Source: Azolla caroliniana (Eukaryota; Plantae; Polypodiophyta). Taken from it: a stretch of DNA of 17,098 nucleotides. Made by a program: the position numbers and the translations under genes. The notes under the pieces are model-generated. The model ran no database searches and had not been told where the DNA came from. It saw nothing but the letters and a program-made list of their open reading frames with translations. Position 1 is the stretch's first letter, and every line of letters starts with the position of its first letter. The stretch lies in contig JBHGNT010000706.1 in assembly GCA_043228905.1 (NCBI GenBank), forward strand, positions 1-17,098, given 5' to 3'. This document shows positions 8,378 to 17,098 of this stretch, one piece after another.

Positions 8378-11300
8378 GTGAGGATGATGAACTTGGCAAA
8401 CTAGTGAAACAATCTGCTGCGAAATAGGATTCTGTATTATGTGCTTGTTTTTGTTTCTTGGTTTCCTCCAGTGCTGTATACAAACACAGAAGCATTTTAG
8501 ACATTCTCCCTACTACAATTCCTTGGAATATGCACGTGGAAAAACATGAGAACTGGTGTCTTTTTTAGTTTTCCACATCAGAAATATTGGCTCTCCAATT
8601 GCCCACATTGTAAAAATGTGGGCCCACTGTAGCTAGCTAGGTATGTACAGCCTCACCTGGAGAAAGCTCATATTGTTGAACAAGTTAGGAGGAAACATGG
8701 ACTATGGGATTGGTAACTTTGCTCGGAAACAAGGGGGAATGCAGCCTTCTCGATTTCCCACAAAGAAAACCTACAGGATGGTGGATTGTTTACTTTGCTT
8801 CGTGGGAAAGTGGCTCCCTGACACCTAGTCAAGCATTGTTCTGTTTTGACTGTTGAAACTTATAGTGTTCAGCAAATTCGGGAACTTCTAGGAGAGAAGC
8901 ACGAGGGAATGTGCGCTTGTTGGATTTTCCACATGGGAAGTGTGGCCCCTCACAACACACCACCTTGCTTGGTGTGTTTCATGTCCCATGTCGAAGCTCA
9001 TAATGTTGAATACCATAACTACAATGAAACATGAGGGAACTTCAGCTCTTTCCCACATAGGAAAACCATCAAAAGACTTATTGTGACATATATAGCACCA
9101 ATGGATGTATATAGAAAATAGATGGATAGAATAGATTTTATCATCGTCCTCAGAGGTCAAATAAATGAAAATTTTTCATGTAGTGTGTGTGGAATTGGTA
9201 AGTAAGAGAATCTTGATCTAATGAATATTTCATTTGAGAGTGCACATATGTTGATGGACAGAGGAAGGTGTGTAGGTATGTCAGGGTTAAGAATGTGTGG
9301 AAGGTGAACGCAAGTGTGATCTAATGGTTGAGCATTGCAATAATGTGATACTCGGACTGGTGAACTTGTTTGAGCCAAAACATGCATGCATGTGTGGATG
9401 AGTGTAAAATTGTCTTAAAAGTGAACTTTTTTGTGTGTTCTTATGGATAGGCAAGATGTCCTGTGAAACTTTTTGAAGCCGTTGGAGGAAGTAATGCTTC
9501 TTGGATTTCAAGTGGCACATCTGGAGAATTCTACATGAGACCTTTGGGAAATGCTGCCTTATATTTTCAACTCCGAGACTTGTTGGTAATAGGTTTTTCC
9601 GTATTATGTTTCCTATTCGAGAAAGACTCTGAATTATGCCTTATTTCCCCAGATGCCCGGGGGTTTCTCATGGTTTAACCTTTCTATTTATCATATTATT
9701 TACTCATTTGGAATGCACAAACTATTTTTGTTTTCACATTGGCAGGATAATCAAATACTATTTGAGCATACAGTGCATAAGCCCGAGTCTTTCATGGTAT
9801 CAGCAAAGCGATTCTTCGTAATCCGCTTGGAGGCATGTGTCTCTCTTTATGTAGTATAATATCTTTACTGAAGTTGTATATTTAGTATCGATCCTAAAGA
9901 TGATCAATAATTCTATTGGTTGATTTACAGAATGGGAGTTTCCGAGGATTTGGCTTTGCTGATGGTAATGCAGCATTCGAAATGAAGAAACAAATACAAG
10001 AAGCAATCAAGCCCTATGACATTCAAGACTATGTTGATGGAGAGAGATCCATAATAAGGGAAACTCAAGTCAATAACGAGTTAATACAAGTCTCAATACC
10101 AGATCAAAATACTCATGCAAACACATCCTCTACTGCTGTGACATCATATGGAACTCTACCAAAAAGCTCCTCGAGTAGGCAGAGTTCTACCGAGTTTATG
10201 CAAGGTAAACAAAGAAAAATCATTTTAAAAATATATAGAAAATTATGTTTTGCATTGTCATTGAAAGCTTTTCTCGTTTTTGGGCTCCAGAACAACCATC
10301 ATCATCACCAACAACCTTCAAGAGAAAAACAAAACAGAACTCACCCCATTTCAAGTGGAGACTTGTCTTCAGGGGACATTTACCCAGATTCTCGCCTCGG
10401 AAGGGTCTAACTTCTCTTTCACAGATGCTGGGTAAGTACTTATATTGGTATCAGTGTTCAGGTTTATTGTTTAGGTGGATTTCACCAATTGTAGGCAAAC
10501 TTTTTATTGTTTCCGTAATATATTGGAATATCAAAACAGGGTGGAAGGAAGAAGATATGGAGATTGGATATCCAACCGATGTCAAACATGTCGCACACAT
10601 TGGCTGGGATGGACCATCTGTAGGTGGACCAAGCTGGGTCTGTGATTAATGTCTATATCTCTCTATGTATAATTCTTTGTACAAGTAGGAAAGAATTGAT
10701 TCTTTAGAAAGCACTGCCTATATAGATATATATATCACAAGCAGTGTATTTTTTCCATGTGTGGAAAAAAGTCTACATTCTTCCCCATTTGGGAAGTTAA
10801 AAGATCCCAGTTTCCATCTAATAAAATGTTCACAACATTATGCACCTCCATTGGCAAGGTGGAGCAAGCCTATACTATCTATGTGCGGTGGGGGCAAGGG
10901 GTCCATTTACCTGTATGTTTAGAAATGAATTGTTTCTCCCAGTTTTCCACGCAACTGACCGCACCAAGTTAGGTCTGCTCCGCCGTGCCTCTCTGATAAG
11001 CTCAAAAATGTTTTGTGTCCTTATCAGACACGATGCCTGGAGTGTTATATTGTGACGAAGTGTGTAAGAAAAGCCTGTTATGGCTGTAATAATAGTAGTG
11101 ATTTGTGGAGAACTGCTCACCGACTTGTATTGGTTTTTTATTACTTTATTTGTATAAAAAGCAGATCAATGAGCTCAAGCCAGCTCCTAATTTCTCGTTA
11201 GGGCCTCTTCAAGAGTTTGGACAACCTCAAGGCCCTGAATGGATACATGATGCCCTCTCAGCATCCCAATGGACTACACCAGGTACATCATTTCTTCATG

Positions 11301-11537
11301 TAATCTTTGAACCCTTTTTTTACACGTCAAATAATTCAAATAAGTGGTCACTTCACCCTGAATATATGTATATGTATGTATTCAGAATTGCGAGAAAAAA
11401 GTTGCCATCCAATCCCACCTATGCCGCCTGGAGAATTTTTGGATTCAGATCTTCTTAACTTGCAAGGGCAGAAGAGAAAGTGGAAGATTTTTAGATTAAA
11501 GAACAAGCTCAAGCCTGATACAAATGCACAATGTTAG
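8345..11537 (+). CDS. RIC: RIC family (ROP-interactive CRIB-containing) protein, 8 coding exons, ~345 aa, with an N-terminal WH1/EVH1-like domain
   Basis: Manual splice model join(8345-8377,9451-9585,9746-9832,9931-10204,10291-10431,10540-10637,11165-11282,11386-11537) = 1038 nt, open frame, phases 0,0,0,1,1,0,1. It has the plant RIC-type CRIB ([48 protein letters not shown]), matching the RIC pattern KGLxxISQxF...[20 protein letters not shown]...SWMNEFK. No GAP or kinase domain, so not RopGAP or PAK. Confidence 0.88.
9451..9585 (+). CDS. RIC: RIC coding exon 2 ([45 protein letters not shown]), first part of WH1-like domain
   Basis: Acceptor TAG at 9448-9450 after a T-rich tract; donor TTG|GTAATA at 9586; same frame as ORF 9463..9678. 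Confidence 0.78.
9746..9832 (+). CDS. RIC: RIC coding exon 3 ([29 protein letters not shown])
   Basis: Acceptor GCAG ending 9745; probable GC donor AG|GCATGT at 9833 (alternative in-frame GT at 9839); same frame as ORF 9653..9859. Confidence 0.75.
9931..10204 (+). CDS. RIC: RIC coding exon 4 ([28 protein letters not shown]...SSTEFMQ), end of WH1-like domain plus Ser/Thr-rich linker
   Basis: Acceptor TTTACAG ending 9930; donor AAG|GTAAAC at 10205; same frame as ORF 9916..10410. Confidence 0.85.
10291..10431 (+). CDS. RIC: RIC coding exon 5 ([47 protein letters not shown]), basic region
   Basis: Acceptor CTCCAG ending 10290; consensus donor G|GTAAGT at 10432; same frame as ORF 10245..10649. 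Confidence 0.85.
10540..10637 (+). CDS. RIC: RIC coding exon 6, CRIB motif ([33 protein letters not shown])
   Basis: Acceptor ACAG ending 10539; donor TGG|GTCTGT at 10638; CRIB consensus I(S/G)xPxxxxHxxHV/IG. Confidence 0.95.
11165..11282 (+). CDS. RIC: RIC coding exon 7 ([39 protein letters not shown])
   Basis: Acceptor GCAG ending 11164; donor CAG|GTACAT at 11283; the junction SW|INELK reproduces the RIC post-CRIB SWMNEFK motif. Confidence 0.9.
11386..11537 (+). CDS. RIC: RIC coding exon 8, terminal ([50 protein letters not shown])
   Basis: Acceptor TTCAG ending 11385; phase 1 matches exon 7; stop TAG at 11535-11537. Confidence 0.82.
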
Positions 11538-14500
11538 TGCAAAATCCTCTCGAGAAAAATATATTAGAGCAATATGCCAATAAGTAGTATTTCAATGTAA
11601 AATCCTCCTTGAACATATCACAATATCATTCTTCAACCCTGCAATATATAGCTCAAGGTATCCACTCTTTTGTGCTCTTGTAAAGGAGGTGTTTTGAGCA
11701 TAGTCAGCGAAATAATTGACAACATTACCACATTCTTTGGGATGCTTGAAACAAGATTCATGTGTTAATTATACACATTGTCAGAAATACTCTTTGGGCA
11801 TATTAATCTTCCTTCCTTGCCTTCTTTTCTCTGTTTTTGGGTTCGTTGAGAACCCTCTTGCAAATAAGTAACATTTATGTACTTCCAATGGTTATTTAAT
11901 TACTCCAGTACAAAACTTTTGAACCCAACAATGGGCCTTGTACGGAATGTCATGCCATCAATATACTTTTGCTGCATTAATAGAGGTGGGGGGATGGCTT
12001 TTGTCATTTGATTATTTGTGTGCATCAAATGAAATGCAGCTAAAAGTTCCTTGCCAAAGAAGTGAGATTTAATCTCCTGATTATGTGAAAAGGAGGATGT
12101 TAGAAATTTAGCTTCAATTCAAAGGAGCTATGGTGAAACATTTTAAGTAGTGAGCTCTTTGTTTTCAGGTATTTTTTGTTCTATGGTTTTGTTTTAGGGT
12201 GATACCTTGCCCTCAAAGAAATGGATTGGTTGATTATGAAACTCGTTCTTCATAATTATATATGTAGAGTAAGAAATAAAGAGTGCAAATCTTGGATCTA
12301 GGAATGATCCTAGCCTTTTGTGTTATGAACTAAAAGAGAAGTCATGAACTCTAGTGTAAAGTACCTACCACCAATATATCAGTGGCATTGACATTGACAG
12401 TGACATGCAATAGGAGAATGGCAATTGATCACTGTATTAATAAGTAGTTATTTAGTTAATTGCTATGTCATTAATTGAGTGAAGTCAGATAGTTTGTGTT
12501 GTTTATCTTGAGTGTTAAATGTAGTTGTACTAAGCTTAGAAGCAATTGGTAATCACTTCGACTCACATAGCTAGCAATAGTAAAGATGAGTGTTTAGTCC
12601 CAAATCACGACCTTGGTGAGAATTTATAACTTTTGCCAAGAACAAGGTTGACTTGATAGACCTAGGCGCCAAAACCTTTATCCTTTGAATCATATCAAGT
12701 AGTTGTTCAAGATTGGCTTTGTTATTGGAGTTACTTACAGGATGAGAAATGGGTTTTTTTATGGCTTTCTTTAGAGTATCACAATCATGTGCATAGGTTG
12801 AATGGAAAATTGGTTTGATAGTTTTCACAGTTGAGCTCTATAGATAACATGCCATTAGAGGACTTATCTTTTTGTGAACTAAAATGTTTACAATACCTCA
12901 CAAGGTTTTATCATGATATAAAGATACTCACTATTGTACAGAGTTCACATGGGGGCCTTTTCTATGTGGTGCGTTTTAAACATGTACTACCTTTATGAGT
13001 TATTTTAAAATGTAATTGCTCCAATCAATCATGGACTTCTTTCTTCTCTCTTTTGTTAATGGAGATTTTAGACATAAGTACAATTTCCCTAACTTACTGT
13101 GTTGTTTTAAAATGTAGTTGCTTCAATAAATTAGGAACTTCTTTTTTCTCCCTTAATTTTATTTTTTCATTCTATATATATTTCCGGTGCTTATTGATAT
13201 GTTTGCAAACATTTTCAAAGGATTACTTTTGTTTATACATATTGTAACTTGATCATATAATTGAGACACATCTTATAAGATGGATACAATATGAAACCCT
13301 ACACATTTTTATAATGTAAATCTGCCCCGAAAACCTAAGGGTTACTCCATTAATGCCCCACACTAGACATCTTATGATGATATGAAATGTTTTCTGGTGT
13401 TTTGAAGATTAGAATTGTTAAGGCAAGTAACCACATGCAATGGTCAAAAGGCGTTTATAGATCTCGGGCTCTCCTCATATGGTGATGCATACTCGTCGTT
13501 TGTCATACACCCCCCTCTTTCCATATATGTATATGATCATGCAAACTTGCCATTTGACACGTTGCCTGCCCTCTTTCCTTAACTGCCACATGTTTGTGTC
13601 TTGATGGTGTCTTAGCTCATTTTGTGCAACACCCTTTCTAATTTCTTTATGTTTTTCCCTCTATGGCACTTATTGTAACTTGTCACCCTCTCTAGTTTCT
13701 TTTTGTTTTTCTTGTTTATTCTCTATGGCACTTACAACCCCTAAAATGGTTGTCCTATCCAAGTGGGGACAACAAACATTTCCTTTTCTTGCTAGGCGTG
13801 GAATCATCCCTATGCACTCTTAAATTTTTTTTTTCCAAAAGAAGAATATACTCCATTAGTTAAAATGACATACAATACACAACTTTAGACATTACCTACT
13901 TCCATATGGACTACATCACTTATTTATCTTACACTAAATAGCCCACATGTTTGTTCTCCATGTTTGTCGTGCACTCTTAATTTTTTTGTTGAGAGATAAC
14001 AAAAACTGGACACTTCCGTGTTTTTCCTAAATTTTCATGGACATCATCATAAAGAAGCTATAGTATAATCGTAGCATATTACTTTGGACATCACAAAAGG
14101 AACTTCACAAAATTCTTAGAGTAGAACATTTGTTAAGTCCATTTAGTTCAAGGCTCAAGCCTATATAGAGTTATTATTCACGACTTAGAATAAAATCCAC
14201 CACAAGCAATGGGAAATAGATTGCTAGAAAATATTGGTTGTAGTCTGTAGATATTAACCAAAGTGTCAATTGTATATATGTTTGGAAAACTAATGGAACT
14301 ATTTTACTCAATTAAAACTTCTGGAAAACAATCAAGAATGTTTGCAACAATGCATTATGTTTATAGATCCAATGACTTTATACATATTTGAAAAATATAT
14401 GGGAAATGATGGCAATAATGAAATGCCCTTATAAATGGGAAAATTAGAATGGTTTCTTGTGGAGAGTTAATGAATATATACAATTTGTAATCCACCATAA

Positions 14501-17098
14501 GCTAGCCATCTACATCCAATAATGACCATATTGCATAACATGTACGGATGAAGAGATTGCATATCAATCGATGCATGCAAAATTGGAACAAGCAATTTGT
14601 CGAATCTATCATCATACCATGTATAATGTTTTCATATATGATGCAATATACAACAATGTAATATAATTAGCATACATGTATGTATGGTAGTAATCATACC
14701 CATCATACATTAGCAATACCTTGAAGAGGCAAACATTCAACAAAATAATACTCAAAACATTATAGAAATACAATGATCTCATAGTTTATTACATATAAGA
14801 TTAATTGTTGGCGATCTTCAAGAAGACTCATAGAGATGATCTTTCTCCAACGCCAAGAACTCTCACATAGTCTTATATGAAATTACTGAGTAGATAAAAT
14901 GGATGGATAACACCATGTTGATGTGAAGAAAACCCCAGATCTATGTCATGTGTGTAAAAAACACACAATATGTGGACTTACAATCATGTATTAAACTTGA
15001 ATGACACCTACGAAGTGTTTCCCTTGGGTGAAATATTTGTATTGTCCATCCATGAGACGAGCATCTGTGTGGCCACCGAGAAACCTACGTGCCTGCACAT
15101 ACTCCATACCCATCAACATGGTCATGCTCATCATCATCACCATGACCATTATCATAATCATCATCTTCTGTATGCTCTTCATCTTTGCCTCCCTGTTTTT
15201 TTTTCGTCCTTCCTTTCTTGCTTCTTCTTGTGTCTTTTTATCATTGAAAAGGAGAAGGCTTCTTTGTATTGAATGGTCTAACCAAGGAAGAAGACTTTTT
15301 GTAGTTGACTTTTATGTATTCATTAAACAAAATTCCCTAGAAATACCCCTCAATTTTTTAAAAGTACCTAGAATACCCCTATACAGTCGTTTTGTGTAGG
15401 CGTATCATAACAAATGCCCAACATTTTTTTAACATACTCGTAATGTTTGTCAATACTACCCAAAATATCATAACATAGTTGTTTTTTGCACATGAATAGT
15501 ATAGAATAATACCCAACAAGTTGAAGGTATTCTCGGTGTTTTTCCCAATGATAAATAATACATATACTTTTTTTCTAAAGGATCGCAAAATCTTGAGGGC
15601 ACCTAAAGCGTATGTTTTGAAAACTTTTCCTAAAGTGCTTTAAGAAGAAGGTTGTGTTATTTGATAAAGGATAAACATGCACTTGCTTTTATTGGTTCGT
15701 GTTAGAAGTGAGCTCTACCACATTGAGTCTGAATCCAACCTAAGATCTCACTATTTGATGAAGGATTCAAAAATAGTACCAAACGTTTTGCACTTTAAAA
15801 GTTTGTTAAAAATAAGAAGATGCACTAGTGTATAATATAAAATACATGAATGATGGATAAAAGAACATTCCGCTTTCATTCAACTAGGACAATTCAAGAT
15901 ACACACAACATGTTTCTTGTCCACACAAATATATCGTGCTATAAACCATAATATATATATATATATATATTCAATGGGATGGTTCTTACTACTTAACATG
16001 AGATCATAAGTTGAGCATCAAACCAAATGAGTTGATTCAGCAAATTTATATGCTTTGGAATGGCAATATCAAGCATACCAAGAGAGAGAATCGTTAACAA
16101 GAGTATTTCGTCAACAATTAAATTTAAATGCGATAATGTCCACGGAGAAGAATCTTTGATTCAAAAGCAACATTATAATACTCTAGTATCTATAGTATTG
16201 AAACCTTGTTATATTATTTATGTGTTTTTAAGTGAAGCAATTAGTGAAACTTGCTTTTAATATGCTTTTTAATAGTGTCACGATGAGGTTTGTGTTTGTG
16301 ATAATGTTATCACTAATTTATGACAACCTTAATAATGACTTCGTTAGTTGTTTCGTATGCATGCCTCTAATAACGGACCTAGTGTACATGTGTTGATGGA
16401 TGATGTTATGCAAAACTTTCTTGACTCTCCGTTGATGAAGAATTTGTGTTTAGTGTCACAAACACAAATATATGGTCCCCATGATATGGCCAATAGGAAG
16501 GATATATGGGATATAAATGTCAACAATGTTCCCTTGCGTTCATGCACATTCTATGCATATTGATTACCAAACTTATAGGTATGAACCATGTCGATGTGGT
16601 TCTTTATTGTGCATGGTTGTGATATGAATAAGGTTCTTTGTGGACTTGTAGTTATTGTGGTTGCATGAAAAAACATGGTCGAGATTGAAACGTAATTAGC
16701 GTTTTTTTCATGGTACGCTTTTACTTGTTTGTTACTTCTCCTTGGATTGCATCAATTTGGTTATTAAACAACTATATCAAAGACTATTAGATTCTACAAG
16801 CACTAAAGGTTGCAAACATAGGCTAACCCACAACATATACTTACTTTAGTTTAGATAAAGAAAGATGGTTGTAATGGGTTGCACCTTTATAAATGATGTG
16901 TGCGTGTTGACAAATCATAATATGAGGTGCCATATTGTTCAAAACTACGATAATAAATTGATAATCGTAGCGTAGGGCATGCGGAAATGCATAAGATGTA
17001 TGTAAACTATGTGTCGCTTGTTTTAAGGATGGCTAAGATTTTGCGTAAAAGGTACTTAAGGAATATTCCCTTGAATCAAGTAAATTAGGTTAGTAGAT

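Noticed and set aside
9916-10410. 164-aa ORF as a stand-alone gene
   Set aside because: It is RIC exon 4 read through the intron into the wrong frame of exon 5, and it starts at a non-ATG codon.
11520-11537. C-terminal Cys as a prenylation signal
   Set aside because: TNAQC* is not a CaaX, CC or CxC motif.
12570-12960. Possible degenerate integrase (VDLIDL-like stretch)
   Set aside because: Too few motif matches across stops and frameshifts to call without a profile search.
14970-15399. His-rich, Ile-rich and Met-rich overlapping ORFs
   Set aside because: All arise from one degenerate (CAT/ATG)n tract; no domain or splice structure supports them.
16060-17098. Short ORFs as a second gene or a transposon protease remnant
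   Set aside because: No recognisable domain or consistent exon chain.

Overview
AT-rich eukaryotic genomic DNA, most likely from a non-flowering land plant (fern- or moss-like; this is inference). It holds one intact spliced gene on the + strand, flanked by decayed transposon debris. Manual splicing gives 8 coding exons (8345-8377, 9451-9585, 9746-9832, 9931-10204, 10291-10431, 10540-10637, 11165-11282, 11386-11537; 1038 nt, 345 aa) with all intron phases consistent. The product is a RIC (ROP-interactive CRIB-motif) protein with the CRIB motif [19 protein letters not shown]. The main observation is that its N-terminal ~115 aa, split over four exons and so invisible in the ORF track, align by eye with a WASP-type WH1/EVH1 domain. 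This gives a WH1-basic-CRIB-short Pro-rich layout like WASP without its VCA. The gene has a TATA box, a compound CA/CT microsatellite leader, two 5'UTR introns and a chain of uORFs. Upstream lie a degenerate minus-strand Ty1/Copia element with an internal 3x124-bp triplication, a candidate LTR, a possible Gypsy gag remnant and several local tandem duplications. The downstream ~5 kb looks like degenerate repeat or intergenic DNA that I could not classify.
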